NCBI GenBank assembly: GCA_950097015.1
Contig: CATNEN010000039.1
Location: 13,826,001 to 13,890,000 of the forward strand
From: Macrostomum hystrix
Taxonomy: Eukaryota > Animalia > Platyhelminthes
DNA: 64,000 bases
Direction: 5' to 3'
The notes beneath the pieces were generated by a model that saw only the letters and a list, made by a program, of their open reading frames with translations, did not search any database and was not told the origin of the DNA. Made by a program: the position numbers and the translations under genes. This document shows positions 36,601 through 51,050 of the stretch, piece by piece; within the stretch, counting starts at the first letter, position 1, and the number at the start of each line of letters is the position of its first letter.

Positions 36601-39600
36601 TTAGACACAGGGAAAAAACAGGAGAGATTAGACACGGGAGAAAAAAGACACGGAAGAGATTAGAAACGACGTACGAGTAGATTAGACAACGGGAGAGAAA
36701 ATGGACGAATTCGAAACAGGAGACATTGGACAGTGGAAGCAATAAAAAGGAAGCAATTAGAAACGGGAGAGATTAGACAATGGTAGCAGCAAAAAAGAAG
36801 GAATTACACACAGAAGAAATTAAACATGGGAGAAATAAGATGAGGCACGGGAGAAATCAGACACTGGAGGGATGAGATGGGGCATGCACGGTAGAGGGAT
36901 TAAACGTTAAAGAGATAAGACACGGGAGGGCAGATTATAGAACGTAATTATAGCCAAGTACTAGGCAAAGTAGAGAAGATGTAGACAAACGAAACAGTAG
37001 AAAGTAGATGTCACGGATTAGTTAAAAAATATTTGCATTGCGACCCTAGCCTAAGATCGTTTCGCGTTGAAAAAAAACTCTTGTAAATCGACTTGATTAC
37101 TCTTTTTACTGTTGTTAGGTTGACGACAATTCTCAGCTGAGCGTGGCTGAATACCGCAGTCGCCTTTACGACATGATTCAGGCCAGGCAGGCCGCCAGAC
37201 GGCAGCGTCGACGTGAGGAACGCGAAAATCGTCGACGTCGACGACTGTTGGAGCAACAGCATCAGGAATATGAAGATGCCACGGTTACGGAGCCTTTGTC
37301 CACGTCTGCTGACTATGAAGATGATGTCACAGTCGCTACGGTGTCCGCGCCAGTCGCCGCTACCGCTAATATCCCCGGCGGTAGGAGCCACCTCCAATCA
37401 GCAACGCGACGTCGCTCGAGCGGACGCTCTAGTCGAAGACAACAAGTAGAACAACAGTCACAGCAGCAACAACAGCAGATGTATCATCCACAGCAGCGTC
37501 GCATTGGTCTGGACAGTTCGCCTCTGCTTGCTGGCACACGCGACGACTCCCATAGTGGCGGCGGTACAAATGGCGCCGGGCCCGGTATAGGAAGCACCCG
37601 CGGTCCGACGCCGCTGATGATGACGCGAGCTGCACTACCAGTTTATAATGGAACCTACGGCCAAACCACGGTAAGGAATCTTGAGGATTGTCTTTTGTGC
37701 TTGTGTTTTTGCCTAATAAAGTACAGATGTATCATGTTTTAATAGCATGGTAATTTACTATTTATTTAGTTTCTGTCTGTCTCGTATTTTCTAGAAGTAC
37801 ATAAGAAATGAAAAAATTGTCCGTTCAGAAACAAATCTGAATTTGTCCCTCGAAGAACTTATCGGGATCAAATAGAGGTCATTTTGAAATCACTGTTGTT
37901 CAGCGAAGAAAAGGCTAATTTTTAACCCCGTGCAGTACCTGGTGTAAGGAAGGTACTGTCATTGCATGTGAGATTTCTATTTCATTTCTAGTCTCTAGCT
38001 CTGGGCAAATGCTAATACTTGTTTATCTCGATTGTTGTTGTGTATTTTATGTACAAAAGGTGCACTTTTTTAAGTCGGCCGCCCTGGACTGAACCGGCAT
38101 TTACGAGAGCCCACCCCATGTCTCTCACCCCCTCTCCCTGTGCCGTATATTTCTTACCTTCAGCCTGCTGCTGGTGCTAGCTTAATCTGCCAACGACGCA
38201 ACGCTTCAACCCCGCCTCCTTTTTTGCTTCACCATTTCAGCAGTAGAAAAATTGATCACTGTTCTAGATTTTTCTCACCCAGTGTACAGTATTTTTCGTC
38301 CCTTTCCCTCTGTCTGGACTAATAATGTACATAGGATATGCGTACATTAACACACCCCAATTTATCTTCACTCTTCCTTATGGCCTTCGTGTACATCCAA
38401 CCCACCACCTCAAACAAACAGCTTTATTTCCCTCCCCCTTAAGTCCGCCTTCGCGTTAGTCTGTCTGTCCTGCCCTCTCCAGTCACACCCGCCTTCCTTT
38501 ACCAGTCTGCTCCAGTTTTCTCACTGCTGCCTGCCCTCACTGCCCTGCCTGCCTGTCTGGCTAGCTGGCCACACTTCATTTATTTAGCCCCCCTTGCCTT
38601 GCGTGTATGCCTTCCTATGCTCGACCTAAAGCTTTTATAAATAGTCGCGCAAACCCACAGTTTGTTTTTGTCTCTCAGTTTCTACTCTGATCGCCTGTGT
38701 GGTTGGTGTGTCCGCCGTTACAGCGCCAATAATAGTCGGTCCTTCTCGAATTTTAAATGTCATTTCTTGTCCTAGAAACTAACAGAAAATTGCTAGCTAG
38801 CTTGTCCTTGGACGGCTTCGAAGAAGTTAAAGAATGTGAATTTACCAAGCGATAAAAAATGGCGATACTAGTCTGCAGTTGAGTAAGTATATAAAATGTT
38901 CATATTGTACTTTTAGATTCATTGATTGAATGACATTGCAATGACCTCTCATTTATATATTACTCCAGTATGTCAGAAATCAGAATGTATGCAATTTCCT
39001 GTACCGTATTGCCATTTACTTCGTAAGCGCTGCGCATCCTTTGGACAGTAGTTCTGTTCATTTTGAATAGCAGCTACTGAGTGAGCTGTACAGATCAATT
39101 CGATTATTTCATAATAATAAATTTTGTATTTCCAGCTTAAACTAGAATCGCCGGTACTTACTGACACTGAGAGGTCACTCAGTGCGAGTAGGCGATTTTT
39201 TACTGAAGACTCGGAACGACTCTGGAGTCGACATTTGCAGAAAGTAAATCGGTGTATTTCCTAGAAATTCGTTGAAAAGAACGTAGTTTAACTTTGAGTA
39301 GTGTTCTATTGATATTATTTCCTTATTGTGTCTTTTACACACATTTTCCGACTTTTATTTAAACATAGATAGTTCAGTACATACACCATTCTATCTAATT
39401 AGACTTTTTTCGTAAATGTTTTGTTTTACTAAACAAAATTATACCGAAGTATAATTTGGATATTTTCCTGAATCGTTTAGAATTCGGTGGCCGCCTCGTA
39501 CACCGCTCTCCTAGCCGAGGCTAGGCGGCAGCAGTCGGCTCCGGTTGCCATGGAAACCGTCGGCGATAGCTCGGCCCCATACGGCATGTACAAGCCGCGG

Positions 39601-39876
39601 CCGCCTCTATCTGGCAAACGGCCAGGCGGTTATCATATTCGACGCAACTACGCCACGCCGGGCAGAGCCCTGCCGCCCGCTGTTGTCCCAGTTGACACTG
39701 CCGCCTCAGCTGCTGGTACCAGCGGAGCTTCCGCCAAGTCAACTAGGCGCGGTGTTGGAGGCAACGGCAGCTATGCTACACTGACGGCCTCGGCTAGTTC
39801 CCAATTGCAGACTCAGCGGCAACAGCAGCAGCAGCAGCTACTGTACAGTGGCGGGCGACGAAAATGGATCAATTAA
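27608..39876 (+). CDS. MAPK15: Mitogen-activated protein kinase 15 (ERK7/ERK8); exons 27608-27691, 34609-34707, 34808-34928, 35805-36502, 37119-37670, 39481-39876
   Basis: [11 protein letters not shown]|AYGIVWKA...[17 protein letters not shown]|RTFREI, the MAPK15-typical [30 protein letters not shown] and [21 protein letters not shown] junctions keep the frame. Confidence 0.95.
27975..28446. mobile_element. MITE with ~110-bp TIRs and GG...CC termini (Merlin- or MuDR-like)
   Basis: TIR GGTCCCAGGTCATTTCGGTGACA... built from tandem CATTTCGGTGACA units, with 8-bp TSD GTTATCTA (27967-27974, 28447-28454). Confidence 0.9.
28740..29041 (-). mobile_element. hAT-like MITE, copy 2 (inverted relative to copy 1)
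   Basis: TIR CATACATGCTCAAC/GTTGAGCATGTATG, 8-bp TSD GTACCCCT (28732-28739, 29042-29049), and a body highly similar to 25388-25669. Confidence 0.9.
30103..30710 (-). pseudogene. IS630/Tc1/mariner-superfamily transposase, frameshifted and C-terminally truncated
   Basis: HTH-like N-terminus ([29 protein letters not shown]), frameshift at ~30540, then TLSDLRQLL...[10 protein letters not shown]...[24 protein letters not shown] (first catalytic D). The second D and the E are absent. Confidence 0.85.
31235..32085 (-). pseudogene. Decayed Crypton-type tyrosine recombinase (YR2)
   Basis: Frameshifted pieces [15 protein letters not shown]...[18 protein letters not shown] and [40 protein letters not shown] are colinear with the 484-aa ORF. 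The C-terminal catalytic half is missing. Confidence 0.85.
32578..34032 (-). CDS. Crypton-type tyrosine recombinase (DUF3504/CryptonA-like), intact intronless 484-aa ORF (YR1)
   Basis: [26 protein letters not shown] (catalytic R), ESKN (K), [34 protein letters not shown] (HxxR with H>Q), [13 protein letters not shown] (H and nucleophilic Y), and C-terminal GTFNHCEF. Confidence 0.9.
   Translation of the reverse strand: MFPRMTGYPIYEASTGVPLGLVHMSQGDVVGASNSEVGERVQRETAMQVMLDDLAQLDATEFEDLLGNRDPEQALLDEMDTMQLDNTPRSILTQENWALRKFNEVLQMKNYPCNLETAGVQQMVTALRIFYAFIRKLDGGYYAPASLITARAGVFRYLMRTRGINIIEDKDFAKANLQLKATAAMFIKEGGSVMRFCALETVDLEKLRVYFDRSDPMKLQQEMYYVVAVHFGLRGREWFRKLTTDSLIGCTINGRRAFRLASMESKNVRGSLETRSAEDRKQSVLVETRESGCPYQCVELYLRKIKESKREEGVANSELFLRPRVRGLSGSWYFAKQVVGVNTLGNMMRVISKSANLSKEYTGQCLRVTVATELKASGASLHDIGAVTGHKSDTATARYIHGNRKRDAEMAVLSTKISAMGAPAADTAESRCVASETVESVARAVVQQQQPAMVRHGMDLQMLASAISGTFNHCEFHVHVSGRP
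34984..35730. repeat. Minisatellite, 30-bp unit ATGTGTGAATCAGGTGTTGGGTATCAGATC
   Basis: Near-perfect tandem array in MAPK15 intron 3. Confidence 0.97.
36590..36940. repeat. Degenerate purine-rich repeat related to the 16-bp GAGATGAGACACGGGA family
   Basis: Scattered GAGATTAGACACGGGA-like units. Confidence 0.6.
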
Positions 39877-40962
39877 TTAGCCAAGTTGGGACACAGCTTG
39901 CGAGTTGCTGGAGAACAAACAATTCCCTTCTTCATCAGATCATCAAGTCTACAGACTGTTAGCAGTCTAATGTGTTTTACGCTGCAAACACTTTGTTCCT
40001 TGTTAATATTAAAATTCAGCTTCTTTTGGTCATCGTAGCTTCTCAAAAGTACATATAGTGTTTGCAGCGTCAACCACTTCTAGTTGGTCTGTAGCTGTGT
40101 AGAATAGATTAGTATTCTTTATTTCCTCTCTCGACCTTTTAGTTGTCTCGTTAGTTTTTTGTTACTGTGATTTAAAATCGCTTTTCAAAGCACTTTTTTA
40201 ATCGTTTTTGTATTATTTTTGTGTGTATACAATTTTGGTCCACATTGTGTCTGGTTGCTCAATTGAACTCAAATTCCTGGATTTTTGTATTTGTTTTAGT
40301 AATGAAATTTCTTGAATGTTTTTATGAAGCTAAAAGCTTAAGCTAATTGTGTGCTATCAGATTCTTTTTGGGGCCAACCAGTTCTCACCTGATTTGGTTC
40401 ATGCATCATTCCCTCCAATGTGTCCATTTCTCGTATAGATTCTGTATTTTTTATTGCCTTAACGACCCTACTTTGATGTATTAACCTAGATGTAGTGCAC
40501 CTGCTGCTAGTATCTGACCGCCTAGCTAGTTCCCTGTTGTGATTGTGCCGTTTTTATACACACTTTTGTGCCTTTTTTCTCTGCTTTTAATTAAAGCTTT
40601 TTCTCTCGCTTTCTTGTTTTTTTTACTTCTCCGTCGACTTTTACTGACCAAATGAGACTTGAGAAAATTAGCTAGATAGCTAGCCACGTGTTTTCAGTTT
40701 AATGAGGAAGAACACTCTTGATGTTTTGATGTCGCTATAGTTTTTTGTTGCTAAGCTTCGATAACCCTGTCTTAGTCTTAATGCTTTTTTATTTGTTGTT
40801 TTTTTAATAAGTTGATCGATAATGTTTTTAGTTATTTAAGAGGCCAGATTCATCATTAGTTTTTTTTTTCTAATGTTAAACACTCATTTTAACTCTTTAT
40901 AATAACTCAAATCTCTATTTCAGCGGAGCATTCTCCTTATAATAATCTAATTTCTCAACTAA

Positions 40963-42437
<1,475 letters not shown>

Positions 42438-43433
42438 GCTTAATTGAACAGATCCGGCACCCACCTTGATGGACTAATCTGAGAATTGTTATTATTCATC
42501 AACTCGACAAATAATATACTAGGCATCGTCCTTAGTTTCGTTTCAATTTACTGTACCTGTCGTGTGTTCCTTTGTAATAGCATTGTATAGAGTTGAACAT
42601 TTAGCAACTCTTCTAGATGATATTTGAAAATCTAATTTAGACACAAAGCAAACCAACTAGTAACTAGAAAGGTTCAAAATCGGCCTTTAACAATCTCTCC
42701 CTCCGCTTCGCTGTTGTGGTAACAGTATCGATTATAAATAATCAGAATTTCTGTTCTAATTTCGATTCGCGCCATCGCAGACTACAGTTTTGAATTATTA
42801 TAATTTATTAGCACTATTTTATTTTAGTTTGCTAAATCCTAAACCATACTTTCTTATCTCTCTGATCCCAGTTGAAAACCACAGTCTTCTGCAGTTGAGA
42901 CCGATTTAGCTCCCGGTAGTTTTTTGTTCCACCGCTCAGACTCATATTATACCTTATAATTTATACTCACACCAACTTTTGAAATACACGCGTCGTTTGA
43001 GTAGTTTTTGGCTTTTTCTCTTTGAAAAATGCTTCAAGCAAAAGTTAAACACGACACAATTCAAGCAGTTTACATTCAACATATACATTTGTCTTGTTTT
43101 TATTTACTTTGACTACGGAAAAGATACATTTCAAAGAATAAGAAGGGCAAAAATGTAGACAGCTAGGAATTCTTAAATATCATCTTAGCATCTGCTTATT
43201 ACTGAAGTTGACAAGCTTCAAGCTATTGGTTTCATGAAAAAAAAACAAATTGCTTCGGTTCAATCATTAGGGGATTAATTAGATCCGGGAGTTTCAACTT
43301 GTGCTCCTGGAGGGGGGCTGAAACCGCTACTCTAAACTACCTTCGAGACTTTCATCAAACGCGCTAAAAATTGGTCTCTCGAAAAGTACACTGGGACCTT
43401 GATTATAAATTCTATGTAAAAACCTGTTTGCAG

Positions 43434-46400
43434 GCATCGGAGAGGCGAAAGCAGCAGCAGCAGAGCGAGCTGCTAGCGGGACGCATCAAAGGCGAGCTGG
43501 TCGGCCGAGGAAGCCTGGAAGGCTGCACGCGGGCTGGATGCGGCGAGTCGCAGCCGGTCTGTTTCGCTCGCCTGTCGTCGCGTTGCGTCGCCATGGCAAC
43601 CGACGATAGCCAGGTGAGCGGCACCTCGCGTTGGTACCACCTGAGCAGGTGGGAGCACTATTGCAACGCCTGCTTTGAGCTGTGCTATCGGGGCCGATTA
43701 GGCAATGAGACCGCGCCAGGCTGGATTGCTAGACTGCGCTCTGTCTGGCTGAGTGCCGAGCGGCGCGACCCAAGCCCGCGCGAACTGCTGGCCAATGCCG
43801 TCCTACCCTACTGGGCCGTCTGCCGGGCTTGCACTCGTTGGCGTCGCATCCCGGATGTCGACGCCGCGCCGCAGCGATTGTTGACATTCCGCTGCCGGAA
43901 CTGTGACGAGCCGGAGGACCCGGCCGCTACCTGGGCTGCCGAGGATCCCGAGTTCCTGGCCAGCCTAGCCGCACCTGTACTGCTGCAGGCCAACTGCTGC
44001 CGCCGGCTCCTGCTGGGGCCTCGCCGTGCCGGCTTCGGCGGCTGCCGCCCACTATCTGTGGGCCTGGCGCCGCTCTCTGAGGACCAGCTCATTGGTGAGG
44101 GGATGAGAAAGATTTGCATGCGATTTTATTGGGAATTACGAGCGTAGAATAGAAATGACTGCTCTGAGTAATAAATTCCAAGATATACTGCTCCGAGTAA
44201 TAAATTCCAAGATATACTGCTCTGAGTATTAAATTCCAAGATATACTGCTCTGAGTATTAAATTCCAAGATATACTGCTCTGAGTAATAAATTCCAAGAT
44301 ATACTGCTCCGAGTAATAAATTCCAAGATATACTGCTCTGAGTATTAAATTCCAAGATATACTGCTCCGAGTAATAAATTCCAAGATATACTGCTTTGAG
44401 TAATAAATTCCAAGATATACTGCTCCGAGTAATAAATTCCAAGATATACTGCTCCGAGTAATAAATTCCAAGATATACTGCTTTGAGTAATAAATTCCAA
44501 GATATACTGCTCCGAGTAATAAATTCCAAGATATACTGCTCTGAGTATTAAATTCCAAGATATACTGCTCCGAGTAATAAATTCCAAGATATACTGCTTT
44601 GAGTAATAAATTCCAAGATATACTGCTCCGAGTAATAAATTCCAAGATATACTGCACCGAGTAATAAATTCCAAGATATACTGCTTTGAGTAATAAATTC
44701 CAAGATATACTGCTCCGAGTAATAAATTCCAAGATATACTGCTCTGAGTAATAAATTCCAAGATATACTGCTTTGAGTAATAAATTCCAAGATATACTGC
44801 TCTGAGTAATAAATTCCAAGATATACTGCTTTGAGTAATAAATTCCAAGATATACTGCTCCGAGTAATAAATTCCAAGATATACTGCTCTGAGTAATAAA
44901 TTCCAAGATATACTGCTCCGAGTAATAAATTCCAAGATATACTGCTTTGAGTAATAAATTCCAAGATATACTGCTCCGAGTAATAAATTCCAAGATATAC
45001 TGCTCTGAGTAATAAATTCCAAGATATACTGCTCTGAGTATTAAATTCCAAGATATACTGCTCTGAGTAATAAATTCCAAGATATACTGCTCTGAGTAAT
45101 AAATTCCAAGATATACTGATTAGAGAATGCGAAACCAGATTCGTGAAGTTGGCCTGAGACTAATCAATTCATTAAAATATTTCTGGATTTAGGAAGAGAT
45201 GAGAGAGCTTAGTAAGAGATTAGAGAGAGTAGGAAGATATGAGAGAGAGTAGGAAGAGATGAGAGAGTTTAGGAAGAGATTAGAGAGAGTAGGAAGAGAT
45301 GAGAGAGTTTAGGAAGAGATGAGAGAGTTTAGGAAGATATTAGAGGGTTTAGATATTAGATATTAGAAGGTTTAGGAAGATATTAGAGGGTTTAGGAAGA
45401 GATTGAAGTGGTTAGAGGATTTGGGAAAATATTTAAGTATTTCGAAAGAGACAAGTGGATTAGGGGAAAGATTAGAGTATTAAGTAAGGAATTATAATCT
45501 CTATAATGCTTTCCGAGCGTACAGAGGATTTAGGAAACATATGAATCAATTGAGTATTCATATTTTGATTGCCTTTTTTAGCAATTTTACTATGCCTCCT
45601 ATTCTGAGTAGGCAGTTTCGCATATTTAACCTGAAAATTGTCCTCCTCACCCCTGCTCACCCAAAGACCAGCCGCCTCAGTTGCACCCGTTCGTCAGCGG
45701 CCTGTTTTCGTTCGCCTCCGACGACGACCTGAGACCGGCTCTGTCGGTGAGACCCGACGCGGCGGAGCCGGACGAAATCGCGGCCGCCTGTCCGAGTTCG
45801 GAGCTAGCCGGCCAACCGCAGCTCTACCTGGCCCTGCGCAACACCCTCCTAGCCGCCTGGGCAATCTGGCACTCGACGCTGAGGCCGTCAACTAGGCCGG
45901 CTGATTGGCCAACCATGCTGGGCACCCGGCGTGTGGACTCGCTGATTCTCTGCCGCGGTCTGGCCCGGGTTCGAATCTGCACCGCCGTCCTGCCGGCTGT
46001 TACTCGCCGACTAGAGCGTCGTGGACTAATCAATTTTGGAGTTTATCCTTCGCCGTTGTCTACTCTCTTGACGCCGAATTCAACAACCGACGACCGTCAC
46101 GATGCGGACATTGTCATTGTCGGTGGCGGCTTGTCGGGCCTCGCGGCTGCGCGCCAGCTGACGAACTTCGGCCGATGGCGAGTGGCTCTGATTGAAGCCG
46201 ACGAAAATCGTCTCGGCGGCCGACTGGCCGACTTGGCCATTGTGGACAACGTCGCCAACAATCCTCTATGCCTGATGGCGCTTCAGCGGGCCGCAGGCTG
46301 TGGCGGTGCCGGAATCTGCTCCGACGGTTTTCGTCTCGCTGTTCGTCCGCTGCGGGCCGAGTTGTTCAACTGGCCAGACGGCTGTCCAGTGTCGGCCGAG

Positions 46401-47507
46401 GCGGACGCTGACAGTCAGGAAGCTGTCGCAGAGGCGCTCGGCAAAGTCGCTAACGCGGATGTCGGATCCGTGTCGGAGGCGATCAACGAGCAGCAGCTGC
46501 TGGCCCGAGCTGAGTCGCAGCTGGCCAGCCGCCTTCTTGACTTCCACCTGGCCAGTCTCGAGTACATTCTCGGCGCACCTCTCGATCTGGCCTCGTTGGC
46601 GTCTGCGTCAGCCTTCGAGCGACGCGAACTGTTGACTCGACTAGAGGAGCCTTCGGTTGTCGTCGGTCCGGATGCGCTGGCCAGGCTGGCCGACTGGCTG
46701 GCCGATGGCCTGCCGACGATCATTCGGGGCTCGCCTGTGATCCGCATTTGTTGGTCATCAGCCAGCGAGGTTGACCGCGGCGTCGAAGTGATACTCGCTG
46801 ACGGTCGTGAGTTTCGTGCGACCTGCTGCCTGCTGACCATTCCGCCGAGTCTGCTGATCGATGGCGGCGGTGGTCCCGAGTTCGAGCCCCCGCTGCCGGA
46901 TTCAAAGCGCCTAGCCGCATCCAGACTCGGTCGGGGCCGCCTGGAGACGCTGCGGCTGCGGTTCCGACGTCGATTCTGGTCTCCAAGGAGGTGCTTCGCC
47001 GCGCTGCCGGATTCGCACGAGAACCGCGGCCTCTGCCACCTGTTCATTGATCCGGCTGGTGATGAAAACGACTCAGCAGCTGCTCAGCCAACTCTGATTG
47101 CCATCATCTGCGGCCGGGCCGTTGATCGGCTTCACTCGCTGCCAGATCCACGCGATGCCGCCACCCGGGAGGCCGCCCGCCGACTGGCCGTCATCTTCGG
47201 CGAGTCAGCCGAGCCGCCAATAGATTCGACACTGAGCCGGTGGAGTCGGGCTCCCGGAGCCGGCTGCTCCTCGCTGGCCTATCCGGCCGCCTCTGCCAGT
47301 TGGCCTGCGACGCAATCTGGCGACGCCGAGGTGGCTGACGCTCTTGCCGCAGACGTCGACAGGCTGTTCTTCGCCGGAGACGCCACGTCGCGGCAGTTTC
47401 CGAACAGCCTAACCGGGGCCTGCGTCAGCGGCCTGACTGCAGCGGGCCGCATCGCCGACTGGCTGGAAGCTCGGGCGCAACGCCAGCTTCAGTCGGCGAC
47501 CTGCTAG
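43434..47507 (+). CDS. KDM1B: LSD2/KDM1B-like flavin amine oxidase (zinc finger, zf-CW, SWIRM, amine oxidase); exons ~43434-44094 and 45667-47507; start exon not located
   Basis: CTRAGC...PVCFA...TSRWYHLSRWEHYCNACF, PYWAVC..C.RWR, ALSVRPD, LYLALRN, ILCRGLARV, GLINFG, GGGLSGLAAARQL and FFAGDAT...LTGA follow remembered KDM1B order. Confidence 0.9.
44158..45118. repeat. Minisatellite, 29-bp unit ACTGCTCCGAGTAATAAATTCCAAGATAT
   Basis: Tandem array in the KDM1B intron. Confidence 0.97.
45190..45420. repeat. Degenerate 20-bp purine-rich array AGGAAGAGATGAGAGAGTTT
   Basis: Tandem copies. Confidence 0.85.
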
Positions 47508-47859
47508 TTGGCGTTTTTAGTTGCTATGGAAACCCTTTTTAAAGCCAGTGAATTTTAATATCGTGGTAGTTTCTTTAGTTTCTTGTTGCCGAGTCAGCAG
47601 TTCATGTATTCTAACTTTAACATTACCCCTGTTCTTGAATCTGGCTTTTCGAATTCTGTATCCTGCTGCGTAGATTTTTAATCCTAAAACTCTGACGCCT
47701 AACTACCGAATACCTGAATCTTACCTCTGAAATGTCAGTTCCCACAACCGAAATTCTGAATCCTAACAATTTCGCAAAACGTACTTCTGAAATCTTAAAT
47801 CCTACAATTAAAATCCGTAATTATTCTACAGAAATCTCGAATTATAATCCTGAAGTCCC

Positions 47860-49985
47860 GTATCCTACTACCAAAATCCCGAATCCTACTACCAAAATCC
47901 AGAATCCTACTACGAGTACAAAATCCAGAATCCTACTACCAAAATCCCGAATCCTACTACCAAAATCCAGAATCCTACTACCAAAATCCCGAATCCTACT
48001 ACCAAATCCCGAATCATACTACCAAAATCCCGAATCCTACTACCAAAATCCCGAATTCTACTACCAAAATCTCGAATCCTACTACCAAAATCCCGAATCC
48101 TACTACCAAAATCCCGAATCCTACTACCAAAATCCCGAATTCTACTACCAAAATCTCGAATCCTACTACCAAAATCCCGAATCCTACTACCAAAATCCCG
48201 AATCCTTCAACAAAAAATCCCGAATCCTACTACCAAAATCCCGAATCCTACTACCAAAATCCCGAATCCTTCAACCAAAATCCCGAATCCTACTACCAAA
48301 ATCCAGAATCCTACTACGAGTACAAAATCCCGAATCCTACTACCAAAATCCCGAATCCTACTACCAAAATCCCGAATCCTACTACCAAAATCCCGAATTC
48401 TACTACCAAAATCTCGAATCCTACTACCAAAATCCAGAATCCTACTACGAGTACAAAATCCAGAATCCTACTACCAAAATCCCGAATCCTACTACCAAAA
48501 TCCAGAATCCTACTACCAAAATCCCGAATCCTACTACCAAATCCCGAATCATACTACCAAAATCCCGAATCCTACTACCAAAATCCCGAATTCTACTACC
48601 AAAATCTCGAATCCTACTACCAAAATCCCGAATCCTACTACCAAAATCCCGAATCCTACTACCAAAATCCCGAATCCTACTACCAAAATCCCGAATCCTT
48701 CAACCAATATCCCGAATCCTACTACCAAAATCCAGAATCCTACTACGAGTACAAAATCCCGAATCCTACTACCAAAATCCCGAATCCTACTACCAAAATC
48801 CCGAATCCTACTACCAAAATCCCGAATTCTACTACCAAAATCTCGAATCCTACTACCAAAATCCAGAATCCTACTACCAAAATCCCGAATCCTTCTACCA
48901 AAATCCCGAATCCTACTACCAAAATGCCGAATTCTACTACCAAAATCCCGAATCCTACTACCAAAATCCCGAATCCTTCAACCAAAATCCCGAATCCTAC
49001 TACCAATATCCCGAATCCTACTACCAAAATCCCGAATTCTTCAACCAAAATCCCGAATCCTACTACCAAAATCCCGAATCCTTCAACCAAAATCCCGAAT
49101 CCTACTACCAAAATCCCGAATCCTACTACCAAAATCCAGAATCCTTCAACCAAAATCCCGAATCCTACTACCAAAATCCCGAATCCTACTACCAAAATCC
49201 CGAACCCTACTACCAGAATCCCGAATCCTACTACCAAAATCCCGAATCCTACTACCACAATCCCGAATCCTACTACCAAAATCCCGAATCCTACTACCAA
49301 AATCCCGAATTCTACTACCAAAATCTCGAATCCTACTACCAAAATCCCGAATCCTACTACCAAAATCCCGAATCCTTCAACAAAAAATCCCGAATCCTAC
49401 TACCAAAATCCCGAATCCTACTACCAAAATCCCGAATCCTTCAACCAATATCCCGAATCCTACTACCAAAATCCAGAATCCTACTACGAGTACAAAATCC
49501 CGAATCCTACTACCAAAATCCCGAATCCTACTACCAAAATTCCGAATCCTACTACCAAAATCCCGAATTCTACTACCAAAATCTCGAATCCTACTACCAA
49601 AATCCAGAATCCTACTACCAAAATCCCGAATCCTACTACCAAAATCCCGAATCCTACTACCAAAATGCCGAATTCTACTACCAAAATCCCGAATCCTACT
49701 ACCAAAATCCCGAATCCTTCAACCAAAATCCCGAATCCTACTACCAAAATCTCGAATCCTACTACCAATATCCCGAATCCTACTACCAAAATCCCGAATC
49801 CTTCAACCAAAATCCCGAATCCTACTACCAAAATCTCGAATCCTACTACCAATATCCCGAATCCTACTACCAAAATCCCGAATTCTTCAACCAAAATCCC
49901 GAATCCTACTACCAAAATCCCGAATCCTTCAACCAAAATCCCGAATCCTACTACCAAAATCCCGAATCCTCCTACCAAAATCTCT
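47860..49985. repeat. Minisatellite, 21-bp unit CCTACTACCAAAATCCCGAAT, with recurring variant blocks (higher-order structure)
   Basis: Tandem array; the variant CTACGAGTACAAAAT recurs several times. Confidence 0.97.
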
Positions 49986-50477
49986 AATCGAACTACTGAA
50001 AATTCAAAACTGACAATAAGTGACACTTCCGAAAGTGACAATATATATATTCGTTTAGTATCGAATATTTTATTAATTATTAATCACCATGTGTGCTCGA
50101 TACCGATGCCGATTTAAAATCTGTTCTTTTGGCGTTTTCTTCGATTTTTTCACATTGTGTCAATTTAATATGCGTTTATCAAGTCACGGAAGCAATTTTT
50201 AGGTCTACTCCTAAAATCTTTTTTATCTCTCTTTACTAAGGCTGCTATTAATCGATTTTTTCTAGCTTTTTTCATTAGTCTGAGTTAGGTAGCCAGTTTT
50301 TCAACCAACTTGATCCCAAATAAGGCGATAAGCCTTCGCATTTTCAACTGCCCTGGAATATCCTTTTCAGGCACGTACAGTTTTGTACTTTTATTATAAT
50401 AATACAAGTGGGTAAAAAACTTTTTCTTTTTTAACAAATATGTTTATTTCTCTTCCTTCGTTCCTTATTTGTTCATT

Positions 50478-51050
50478 TCACATCACCAATCGGAAGTGAC
50501 AGATTCACATCACCAATCGGAAATGACAGATTCACATCACCAATCGGAAATGACAGATTTACATCACCAATCGGAAGTGACAGATTTACATCACCAATCG
50601 GAAGTGACAGATTCACATCACCAATCGGAAATGACAGATTCACATCACCAATCGGAAATGACAGATTTACATCACCAATCGGAAGTGACAGATTCACATC
50701 ACCAATCGGAAATGACAGATTCACATCACCAATCGGAAATGACAGATTTACATCACCAATCGGAAGTGACAGATTCACATCACCAATCGGAAGTGACAGA
50801 TTCACATCACCAATCGGAAGTGACAGATTCACATCACCAATCGGAAGAGACAGATTCACATCACCAATCGGAAGTGACAGATTCACATCACCAATCGGAA
50901 GAGACAGATTCACATCACCAATCGGAAATGACTGATTCATCACCATTAGGAAGTGACAGATTCACATCACCAATCGGAAGTGACAGATTCACATCACCAA
51001 TCGGAAGTGACTGATTCACATCACCAATCGGAAGTGACTGATTCACATCA
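50478..51050. repeat. Minisatellite, 27-bp unit CACATCACCAATCGGAAGTGACAGATT
   Basis: Tandem copies upstream of the prohormone-4-like gene. Confidence 0.97.

Noticed and set aside
47732-50117. Long ORFs (751 aa, 397 aa) with NPESYYQ/KSRILLP/IPNPTTK repeats
   Set aside because: Open in several frames and on both strands because the 21-bp unit lacks stops; the frame drifts at indels. These are minisatellite artefacts.
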